Below, piece after piece: positions 1-7,634 of a stretch of DNA of 32,000 nucleotides. Made by a program: the position numbers and the translations under genes. The notes below the pieces were generated by a model. The model was not told where the DNA came from. It made no database searches and worked only from the letters and a program-made list of their open reading frames with translations. The stretch spans positions 1,320,001-1,352,000 of the forward strand of contig NZ_CP007754.1 in the NCBI RefSeq assembly GCF_000757865.1, in the 5' to 3' direction. Source of the DNA: Prochlorococcus sp. MIT 0801 (GTDB lineage Bacteria; Cyanobacteriota; Cyanobacteriia; PCC-6307; Cyanobiaceae). The number at the start of each line of letters is the position of its first letter. Position 1 is the stretch's first letter.

Positions 1-16
1 CAAACTTCTTAGTCTG

Positions 17-43
17 AGCTGCAATTAATTTGCAGCTTTTTTT
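17..43 (+). terminator. Rho-independent terminator candidate for a + strand gene lying left of the window
   Basis: Perfect 8-bp stem agctgcaa (17-24) / ttgcagct (30-37) with a 5-nt loop ttaat, running into a T-tract that ends at 43. Confidence 0.55.
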
Positions 44-135
44 GTGCGTTGAATAATAACTCATAAAAATATAGCCATACCAATGCATTAAAAGCAAAAT
101 CTTGGTTGGAGAATAAAGTTAAAGGATAGAAAGTT
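42..135. repeat. ychF-3'-end repeat, copy 1 (degenerate, core plus right arm)
   Basis: Positions 42-63 match the 22-nt ychF terminal core ctagacgttgaataaaaactcc at about 16/22. The next stretch, agccataccaatgcattaaaagcaaaatcttggttggagaataaagttaaag, aligns with the shared arm agtcatgccaatcgattacaagcaaaaatcgcggttagacttaagttagaag of copies 4 and 5. Confidence 0.5.
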
Positions 136-367
136 TTGCGAGATTGAAGCTCTCCTAAAAGTCAAATTGTCTTCGGAGAAAATCCCATTTCATTCCTTAA
201 TAAGCCAAAACCCCTGAATTTATCAAGCAAAATCATTAAGCAAAACCTGTTATTACAGTAAAAAGGCCTTTGTTTTCAGAGATGAATTATTTTCATTACA
301 AAAATTGGTTAGGAAAGCGTTTTTCCTAGCACTTCAGAGTGAGTCCATCAAATAATTTCTATACAAT

Positions 368-1216
368 TCAGATAATTTCAATATTCCAATGTAATTCACT
401 TTTCAAGTCAGGAGCACCAGTAAAACTTCCTCTTACTGGTGCTACAAGTTCAGACTTAGAAGAAGAGGCTAGGGTTATATATTTACTATTAATCAAACCA
501 CAACCGCTTGGATCAAATCCTCTCCATCCAAAACCAGGTATAAAAATCTCAGTCCATGCATGAAGTTCATATTTTTCTGGGGGTTGGTCCATAAATTGAT
601 ACCCGCTAACGAAACGACTAGGTATGCCAACGGATCGACAAGTCTCCATTAACAAAATTGCCAAATCCCTGCAAGAACCAACTCTCTCTCTAAGAGTTCT
701 TGCTGCAGTCCATGCAGGTCCAAGATGTCTAGGTGTATATGTAACCCTATCTTTTATTAGAGCGATTAATTTATATAAAAAGTCCAATACATTATTTTCG
801 ATCCCTACTAATGCCTCTTGAGCAATTTGAATTGCTGCTGGATCATGTTGTCCATTAAGCAACCAACCTTGAATAAATCCATTAAGTGAGCTATTTTCTG
901 CTTCTATTTTCATAGGTAAACTTAGGTCATTATCATTTTTTAATTTATATAAATCTGGATGAATCTGCGTCTCGATTTCACTTTCTGCCTTAATAAGAAG
1001 AGAATTAGTAGGATCTTTAAAAAACACCTTAAAAATATCATCTCCATTTTCAGAGATTAAAGGAAATATTAAATGAGGGTAAGGATTAATTTCAAGACTA
1101 AAATAATTTAACTTCTGGAAACCCCCAGACCTGGGTTTCATACAAATCAAATGCTCGCGAAGAGAGACGGGTTCTTCATAAGAATAAAATAGTTTGTGAA
1201 TTATTTTCTTTTTCAT
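368..1216 (-). CDS. Transglutaminase-like cysteine peptidase family protein
   Basis: 282-aa ORF with the Cys-His-Asp core of the transglutaminase-like superfamily (GSCRDLAILL, LHAWTEIFIPGFGW, GFDPS). ATG start. 4-nt overlap with the upstream alpha-E gene. Confidence 0.85.
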   Translation of the reverse strand: MKKKIIHKLFYSYEEPVSLREHLICMKPRSGGFQKLNYFSLEINPYPHLIFPLISENGDDIFKVFFKDPTNSLLIKAESEIETQIHPDLYKLKNDNDLSLPMKIEAENSSLNGFIQGWLLNGQHDPAAIQIAQEALVGIENNVLDFLYKLIALIKDRVTYTPRHLGPAWTAARTLRERVGSCRDLAILLMETCRSVGIPSRFVSGYQFMDQPPEKYELHAWTEIFIPGFGWRGFDPSGCGLINSKYITLASSSKSELVAPVRGSFTGAPDLKSELHWNIEII

Positions 1217-2187
1217 TCTTCTAAAGAATCAAAATCAAATCCCTTTTCATTTATAAAATAAAAGCTATGTATAAGATCATTTAATTTATTTAAGTCAATT
1301 TGAAGGCTATCAATAGCCTCATGTAAACCATTTTTAATTAAGTTATCTATTCTTACAAAACTCCATTTTGATAGTAATAAACCTATTAAACATTCTAGAT
1401 CATTTGGCTTCTGAGAAACAGGGGAATTTTGAATCTTACCTAAAGATTCTTTAATGCCCTCAAGACAAAATCTCACAGATCTGGGAAAAATAGGATCTAA
1501 TAGTAAAAAACTTGCAATTGCATTAGGAGTTATTGATCCTTGTTCAGATCTTCTAAACATTTGATAAGCTCCCGCTGAGCGTAATAAAGAAATCCATTGC
1601 AGTTCATCTAAGGCTCCTCCAAGCTCATTTAGATTTGGTAAAAGCAAAAAATATTTCACATCTAATATTCTAGAAGTTTTATCCGCTCTCTCAATCAACC
1701 TTCCTAATTTACTAAAATGCCATGCAATATCATGACTAAAAGTAGCATCTGTAACTCCATAAAATAACTGGCAACTTCTTCTTATTTCAAATAATTGTTC
1801 TTGAGCAGGTTGATGCCATATGACCTCACCTTCCTGAATACTCCAAAATAAACTATTTATTTGTTCCCACATCTCAGAAGTGATAACATCTCTAATTTGG
1901 CGCGCATTTTCTCTTGCCATATAAATGCAACTAACAATGCTATTTAGATTCTCTCTATCTTTAATAAGAAAACTTATTACATCACTTGAAGTTTTATTCT
2001 TATAACTCTTATCGAATTCGTTTCTATCACCACTAGCATCTATTAAAGGCAACCAGGGTTCTGCACTACCAGGCGGACAGTCTAGAGCCATAGACTCGCT
2101 AACTTCAACAAATCTAGAAATATTTTCAGCACGTTCTAAATATCTATTAATCCAATAAAGTGATTCAGCAACTCTACTAAGTAACAT
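1213..2187 (-). CDS. Alpha-E domain protein (DUF403 family)
   Basis: 324-aa ORF. The N-terminal LSRVAESLYWINRYLERAENISRF is the typical alpha-E signature. It sits between a circularly permuted ATP-grasp gene and a transglutaminase-like gene, which is the conserved three-gene arrangement. Confidence 0.85.
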   Translation of the reverse strand: MLLSRVAESLYWINRYLERAENISRFVEVSESMALDCPPGSAEPWLPLIDASGDRNEFDKSYKNKTSSDVISFLIKDRENLNSIVSCIYMARENARQIRDVITSEMWEQINSLFWSIQEGEVIWHQPAQEQLFEIRRSCQLFYGVTDATFSHDIAWHFSKLGRLIERADKTSRILDVKYFLLLPNLNELGGALDELQWISLLRSAGAYQMFRRSEQGSITPNAIASFLLLDPIFPRSVRFCLEGIKESLGKIQNSPVSQKPNDLECLIGLLLSKWSFVRIDNLIKNGLHEAIDSLQIDLNKLNDLIHSFYFINEKGFDFDSLEE

Positions 2188-2192
2188 TTATA

Positions 2193-3626
2193 CTATTGGA
2201 TTACCACCCAAGTGTCTTTACACCCTCCACCTTGAGAAGAATTAACGATCAAAGAATCACGTTTTAAAGCGACCCTTGTTAGGCCTCCAGGACTTACCCA
2301 AGTATTCTTTCCTCTAAGAATATATGGTCTTAAATCAACATGACATGGGTATACTTCACCATCACTTAGTGATGGGACCGTAGACAAATCTAGAGTTGGT
2401 TGAGCTATATAATTTCTTGGATTAGCTTTGATTTTAGCTGAAAATTTATCAATATCTATTTGAGAAGAATGTGGACCTATTAACATTCCATATCCGCCTG
2501 CTTCAGAAACGCTTTTAACAACTAGGTAACGGAGGTTCTTAATTACATAATCAAGATCTTTTTCCCTTGCACATACATATGTTTTAACATTATTTATTAT
2601 TGGCTCCTCTTTTAAATAATATCTAATCATATCTGGTACAAAAGTATAAATTAATTTATCATCTGCTAATCCTGTACCAGGAGCATTTGCGACAGCCACT
2701 CTACCCTTACTCATCACATCAAGAAGACCTGGGACTCCAAGCATTGAGTCTTTTCTAAAGAATTTAGGATCTAAAAAATCATCATCTATTCGACGATAAA
2801 TAACATCAATTTTTTTTATCCCTGAGGTGGTTCTCAAATAAACATTATCATTCTGACAAACTAAATCACTTCCTTCAACTAATTGAACTCCCATCTGTTG
2901 AGCCAAATAACTATGCTCAAAATATGCACTATTAAAAACTCCAGGAGTCAATAAAACAACTTTTGGATTATCAGTCCAAACTGCCAATTCCTGAAGTGAT
3001 TTCAATAAATATGATGGGTAATCATCAATAGGTCTAACAATCCTGCCAGCAAAAAGGCTAGGAAAAATTCTTTTCATAACTAATCTATTCTCCAAGAAAT
3101 ATGCAACTCCTGAAGGGCACCGAAGATTGTCCTCTAGAACGAGCCAGTCTCCTTTTCCATCTCTAATTAAATCTAAGCCAGACACATGGCACCATTTCCC
3201 TAATGGCAACACAAATCCCTGCATTTGTGGCCGCCAACCATCAGAACTCTCTATAAATTCTATTGGGATAATCCGATCTTTTATTATTTGCTGTTTGCCA
3301 TAAACATCAGATAAAAATAAATCTATCGCTTCAAGTCTCTGTACAAGTCCTCTTTCTAGCTCTAACCATTCAGAGGCACCAATTACTCTCGGCAAAGGAT
3401 CAAAAGGAAGAATCCTTTCAGAACCTTTGTTACCGGAGTCGTTAAGACGAAAAGTTGCTCCATGACGTAGAAGTAATTTTCTAGCAATTTCATGACTTAC
3501 ATTTAACTGATCTAAACCTATCTTTTTTAAAGATGAAAGAAGAGGCTCAAGGGATTTTCTAGGAGAAAAATCTTCAGAAGAAAAATATTCATCATATCCC
3601 TTTTTAGGTTGATAATCTGTAAACAT
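2193..3626 (-). CDS. Circularly permuted ATP-grasp type 2 protein (DUF404/DUF407 family amidoligase-like)
   Basis: Long ORF with family-level resemblance over its full length. It ends 5 nt before the alpha-E start. I prefer the ATG at 3626 (MFTDYQPKK...), preceded 4 nt upstream by GGAGGT (complement of 3631-3636), over the track's TTG at 3638. Confidence 0.85.
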   Translation of the reverse strand: MFTDYQPKKGYDEYFSSEDFSPRKSLEPLLSSLKKIGLDQLNVSHEIARKLLLRHGATFRLNDSGNKGSERILPFDPLPRVIGASEWLELERGLVQRLEAIDLFLSDVYGKQQIIKDRIIPIEFIESSDGWRPQMQGFVLPLGKWCHVSGLDLIRDGKGDWLVLEDNLRCPSGVAYFLENRLVMKRIFPSLFAGRIVRPIDDYPSYLLKSLQELAVWTDNPKVVLLTPGVFNSAYFEHSYLAQQMGVQLVEGSDLVCQNDNVYLRTTSGIKKIDVIYRRIDDDFLDPKFFRKDSMLGVPGLLDVMSKGRVAVANAPGTGLADDKLIYTFVPDMIRYYLKEEPIINNVKTYVCAREKDLDYVIKNLRYLVVKSVSEAGGYGMLIGPHSSQIDIDKFSAKIKANPRNYIAQPTLDLSTVPSLSDGEVYPCHVDLRPYILRGKNTWVSPGGLTRVALKRDSLIVNSSQGGGCKDTWVVIQ

Positions 3627-3855
3627 ATCAACCTCCAATTAGTTAATTAAATATGAATCAAGCCAGCAATTATTCAGGTAGCTAAAAATACAAAAAAGAA
3701 TTTAAATATCTCTAATTAATGATTTAAGTATATTTAAGTACAGTTCTTGCATGATCTTCCTTTATTTCCTCAAGGATCTGAAGCATTGATCGAACTAAAG
3801 GTTATGCATGTTTAGAGAGAAAATAACTAAAAAAGATTTCTAAAATAATTCGAAG

Positions 3856-3990
3856 GTTAGGATAGAATCTTATTAAGAAAGCTGAGAAACCTTGATCTAA
3901 ATATCCCACTATACGTTAAATAAAAACGCCAGCACGTCAATTGATATCAATTGCTTAAGAGCAAAAATCGCGGTTAAACGAAAGTTAGAG
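3856..3990. repeat. ychF-3'-end repeat, copy 2 (left arm, core, right arm)
   Basis: 3909-3930 ctatacgttaaataaaaacgcc matches the ychF terminal 22-mer at 19/22. The left part gttaggatagaatcttattaagaaagctgagaaaccttg parallels copy 5 gttagattagaagcttattgagaatactgagaatccttg. The right arm gcaaaaatcgcggttaaacgaaagttagag parallels copies 4 and 5. Confidence 0.75.
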
Positions 3991-4033
3991 CAATTCAAAG
4001 AGACATAATTGAGAAGATATATCCATGATTAAT

Positions 4034-4192
4034 TCACTCAAAGAATTCTTTACTCATCTCTAGGCTAAAAACACAAATCAGAATATCATGCAGTCGAGCT
4101 ACATTTTTTGCAAAATTCAGAACGACAAAAGTTTTCCACATTGCTGGTCTTCCTGCAACAATAATTAAGTCACTTCTTTTGTGGACCTTAGC
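4034..4192 (-). pseudogene. DnaB-like replicative helicase fragment (decayed)
   Basis: A 52-codon open stretch bounded by stops translates to [52 protein letters not shown]. This carries the DnaB-family Walker A block (consensus ARPxMGKT, here with Gly replaced by Trp), the ALNIAxNVA-like helix and the FSLEMS motif. The upstream sequence to about 4250 has only vague similarity, broken by stops and a frameshift. The fragment is far too short for a functional helicase. Confidence 0.7.
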
Positions 4193-4260
4193 TCAGTTTT
4201 TTATTTTTTAAATTACTGATTTCCAAATCCACAATCAGATTCTTCGTTAGTTATCAGACA

Positions 4261-5373
4261 ATGAAAATAGTTTTTTTTGATCCTGTTCATTGGGACTATA
4301 GTCCTGTTACACCATACCAAAAGCCTTTAGGAGGTACACAATCGGCTGTATGTTATTTGTCAACAGCTCTCTCAGAATTAGGACATCAAGTATATCTTAT
4401 CAACAATATTAGCAATTCCAAAGAGATAAATGGTGTTAATTGCCTAAATGTTCGAAGTAATGATGAATATTTAAAAGAGATTATTAATAGTTCTGATATT
4501 TGTATAGTTATTGCTCTTCCATCTTTAGTAAATGGACTTAAATCTCTATTTACTGGTAAAGTTAAATTCTTTCTTTGGTGTCAGCATTCCTACAATCAGC
4601 CAGTACTAGAAAGTCTTTATTCGAGTGAAGTAAAGAAATCATGGGATGGATATATTTTTGTTAGTAATTGGCAAAGGGATAAATTTTGTTCTGTATTCGC
4701 TTTAGAAAAAAACAAGACTTTTATACTTAGAAATGCTATATCCCCTCTGATTTATAATTTATTTGATAAAAAAGAATCTATTTCTAAATCAAAAAAATTA
4801 GAAGATACTATTTTTTATAGTAGTACACCTTTTCGAGGTCTGGATATATTAATTGATGTATTTCCTTCTATAAAAAAAAAATTACCTAAGGTTAAATTGA
4901 AAGTATTTTCCTGTTTAAAAACATATCAAATAGATAAAGATAATGATAATTATCTTTATCTTTATAAGCAATGTGAAGCAATGAATGGGGTCGAATACAT
5001 AGGATCTTTATCTCAGTCGGAACTGGCACCTCATTTAAAAAAAGCCAGTATATTAGCTTATCCTAATTCATTTGAAGAAACATCATGTATATCTGTCATG
5101 GAGGCACTAGCCAGTGGATGTGCTGTCGTAACAAGTGAGTTAGGTGCTCTTCCTGAAACAAGTTCAGGTTTTGCATCTTTAGTAAAAGGCAAACCAGGTT
5201 CAGATCAATATAAAAAAAATTTCATAGATGAAATAGATAAAACATATAAATTATTTAAAGGTGATGATTGTTTTTTAGATAGGAAATTAAGAAATCAAGT
5301 TGATTACTTTTTGTTAAATAATAATTGGGAAAGAAGAGCGCAAGAATTAATTGAAATAATACAGGATTACTAA
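4261..5373 (+). CDS. Glycosyltransferase, GT-B fold (family 1/4-like)
   Basis: 370-aa ORF with an ATG start. C-terminal retaining-GT motif EETSCISVMEALASGCAVVTSELGALPE (E-x7-E). Confidence 0.8.
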   Translation: MKIVFFDPVHWDYSPVTPYQKPLGGTQSAVCYLSTALSELGHQVYLINNISNSKEINGVNCLNVRSNDEYLKEIINSSDICIVIALPSLVNGLKSLFTGKVKFFLWCQHSYNQPVLESLYSSEVKKSWDGYIFVSNWQRDKFCSVFALEKNKTFILRNAISPLIYNLFDKKESISKSKKLEDTIFYSSTPFRGLDILIDVFPSIKKKLPKVKLKVFSCLKTYQIDKDNDNYLYLYKQCEAMNGVEYIGSLSQSELAPHLKKASILAYPNSFEETSCISVMEALASGCAVVTSELGALPETSSGFASLVKGKPGSDQYKKNFIDEIDKTYKLFKGDDCFLDRKLRNQVDYFLLNNNWERRAQELIEIIQDY

Positions 5374-5739
5374 TATCATTTATGGTTAAATTAGAGGGGG
5401 TTATTCTAACTTATTTTTCTTATTAGTTATATTTTATCCTGTCATGTAGATTCCAATATTCCCATAGGTTAAATTAAATAATGAACTTTTTCATCCTTCG
5501 ACTATTAATTTTCTAAAAGCCATCAGAAACTTAAATTAAAATCTAAAGGTTTTTTTTTATCGGTCTTATATGATTTCTTAATTTTACTTCTTTAAATATA
5601 AGCCACTTTATTATCTCAAATATCAATTTTCTGGTTTCAAAAATAAAAACACTTCATTCAAGGAGGCTATATTTAGTGCAAATTTTATTATATAAAAAAC
5701 AAATTATCTTTTATATTGATATTTTTGATTTATTTATAT

Positions 5740-6405
5740 TTAACTAATAAAACGTTTATGAATATTATTTATTGCAATCATAAGTTTCATTGTTGAGGAT
5801 GATATGCCGTGGGTTTGAACTATCTCATTAAAACCTTTTCTTAGCATTGAGAGGGTTTCTCGATCTTCGTTATCTGCAATTTGACTTTCTATCCATCCAA
5901 CACAAACCATCCTCTCTCCTTCTATAACTTCTTTTACTTCATGCAGATATTTAGTAGGATAAATAATCATTTCACCTGCATTAAGTTTTATATTCTTCTT
6001 TTCAGGAGGGATGTTAAGTACTAACTCCCCGCCCTTATATTCATCTGGTTGATTTAGGAAAATTGTGAAAGAAAGATCTCTCCTTCCTTCTCCTCCATAT
6101 TGATATATTGCATCAACATGAGGTTTATAATACATTCCTGGTCCAGTCCTTGAGAATAAAAGACCAAATATTTTAGAAGGGAAAACCTCAAATTGTAAAA
6201 AATCATCTTTTATGAACGCCTCAATTATCTCATTTGAAAAGTTTTCATGTGATTCTCCTGGAGCAAGTTCCAAATTTCTCTTTGTTTCCTTAGCATTACC
6301 TAAAGCTGAATAAATACCATCTTGCCAATCACTTGAAATTAATAATCTCTTTCTCAAATCTTTATGAGTTTCATCATTTAGAAACTTATGTGCAAAATAA
6401 ATCAT
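5740..6405 (-). CDS. PKHD-type Fe(II)/2-oxoglutarate-dependent hydroxylase (YbiX/PiuC family)
   Basis: 221-aa ORF colinear with E. coli YbiX-type proteins. H-x-D in YKPHVDA, distal His in KYLHEV, GGELVL block, C-terminal helical tail. Confidence 0.85.
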   Translation of the reverse strand: MIYFAHKFLNDETHKDLRKRLLISSDWQDGIYSALGNAKETKRNLELAPGESHENFSNEIIEAFIKDDFLQFEVFPSKIFGLLFSRTGPGMYYKPHVDAIYQYGGEGRRDLSFTIFLNQPDEYKGGELVLNIPPEKKNIKLNAGEMIIYPTKYLHEVKEVIEGERMVCVGWIESQIADNEDRETLSMLRKGFNEIVQTHGISSSTMKLMIAINNIHKRFIS

Positions 6406-6452
6406 TTTATTTTAAAACTGAATGATAATTAACAAATTTAACTTATTAATAG

Positions 6453-7247
6453 TTATATCTTAAGTATTAATTGAATACGTGTTTTCTCACCTTGATAAAC
6501 ATGATTAGTAGGATCTTTTTCTATTGCCTTTTTAATCTGAAAAAGTGCTTCTTGGTATTTGTTATTTTTCGAAAGTAATATACTAAGATGGTAATGAGCT
6601 TGTACTAGATTTGGATTAATTTCTATAGATTTTCTCATGTAATTATCAGCTTCATCTATTTTACCTAGATCTTTCAGTACTATTCCAAGATTAAAATAAG
6701 CTATTACTAAATCAGAGTCAAGACTAATAGCCTTGCGAAATGATAATTCTGACTCTTCTAACTGACCAAGATCTTTTAAAATCGCACCTAAATTAACATG
6801 CGAAATAGCTTCCATTGGATCAATATCGATAGCTTTAAGCGTATAAGTTTTAGCCTCTTCTAACTTACCAATTTCTCTTAAAATAGCTCCAAGATTAGTA
6901 TAAGAATTACTCGAATTAGATTCTAATTCAATAGCTCTTCTAGTCAATATTTCAGCTTTCCTTAAATTACCAAGCTCTTTTAAAATTATTCCGTAATTAT
7001 AAAATATTTTTTGATCGGTGAAGCCTTTATCTAGAAGATCCTGATAACATTTTGCAGCTTCCTCTATTTTACTTTCTGAATACAATTTAACTGCATTGTT
7101 AATTAATTGCTCTTTAGAAAATTTATCAGAGGAATTTGTATTAATAGTAAGATTTTCTTGGATTTCTTCTAAATTAAATGGAACTGAGAATATATTTTCT
7201 CCAATGACTTCCTTTTTTCTTTGCTCCTTGTCACCTATCTTATCCAT
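6453..7247 (-). CDS. TPR repeat protein
   Basis: 264-aa ORF with about six consecutive 34-residue repeats following the TPR pattern (e.g. AISHVNLGAILKDLGQLEESELSFRKAISLDSDL, VIAYFNLGIVLKDLGKIDEADNYMRKSIEINPNL). No other recognisable domain. Confidence 0.85.
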   Translation of the reverse strand: MDKIGDKEQRKKEVIGENIFSVPFNLEEIQENLTINTNSSDKFSKEQLINNAVKLYSESKIEEAAKCYQDLLDKGFTDQKIFYNYGIILKELGNLRKAEILTRRAIELESNSSNSYTNLGAILREIGKLEEAKTYTLKAIDIDPMEAISHVNLGAILKDLGQLEESELSFRKAISLDSDLVIAYFNLGIVLKDLGKIDEADNYMRKSIEINPNLVQAHYHLSILLSKNNKYQEALFQIKKAIEKDPTNHVYQGEKTRIQLILKI

Positions 7248-7446
7248 ATCAAGTTACGAATAATCTATTAAAACCTAATTATGTGAATTTTATACCTGGT
7301 CCAATGTGATTTGGTTGTGTATGACAATAAATAAAGACTTAAAGTCTCTAATAGCTCCTTAACTATCCATACTCTTATAGATTAGTTAAAAGATAGCCAG
7401 AGCTAAGAAAAATACTAAATAAACATCTATATAGAACATTAAATGA

Positions 7447-7556
7447 TTGATATGACAAGCTTTTTATACGTTGAATAGGAACCCAATACAGACTAGTAAT
7501 ACCAATAGATTTTAAGCAAAATTCAGTGTTAGACCTGTACAACAAAATGTTAGACC
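7447..7556. repeat. ychF-3'-end repeat, copy 3 (degenerate)
   Basis: ttgatatgacaagctttttatacg aligns with ttggtatgactaactttctagacg (19/24). 7464-7485 matches the ychF 22-mer at about 16/22. The arm ccaatagattttaagcaaaattcagtgttagacc parallels ccaatcgattacaagcaaaaatcgcggttagac. GTTAGAC occurs at 7528-7534 and 7549-7555. Confidence 0.65.
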
Positions 7557-7634
7557 ATTTTTGAGACATGCAAGAACGTATAGATCTTCTCTTAACGCGA
7601 GAGACAAAAGTATTTTGTTTAGAAAATTCTTTCC

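Noticed and set aside
215-250. Extra aagcaaaa-containing stretches (atcaagcaaaatcattaagcaaaacc here, and ttttaagcaaaacattaggcaaagc at about 9589-9615) that might be further partial copies of the repeat arm.
   Set aside because: Similarity is limited to an 8-10 nt A-rich word common in this AT-rich DNA. Neither the ychF-like core nor the GTTAGA phasing is alongside. It is not distinguishable from chance by eye.
311-327. Hairpin aggaaa-gcgtt-tttcct downstream of the transglutaminase-like gene, as a possible operon terminator on the minus strand.
   Set aside because: The stem is only 6 bp with two G:C pairs. The T-run on the minus strand starts several nucleotides after the stem. This is too weak to call.
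339-821. Plus-strand ORFs 339..563 and 624..821.
   Set aside because: They lie antisense within the well-supported transglutaminase-like gene, have low-complexity products and resemble no known family. They are typical shadow ORFs.
4186-4198. ccttagctcagtt resembles a tRNA D-arm (TAGCTCAGTT), suggesting a partial tRNA of the kind that flanks Prochlorococcus islands.
   Set aside because: Only about 13 nt match. There is no acceptor stem, anticodon arm or T-arm nearby, and the segment falls inside the decayed DnaB-like reading frame. I treat it as chance.
5748-5775. acgtttatgaata at the 3' end of the PKHD hydroxylase gene resembles the acgttgaata core of the ychF repeat, which could have split cassette 2.
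   Set aside because: Only about 11 nt are similar, with an indel. No flanking arm or downstream flank is similar, and the sequence is constrained as coding sequence. It is probably coincidence.
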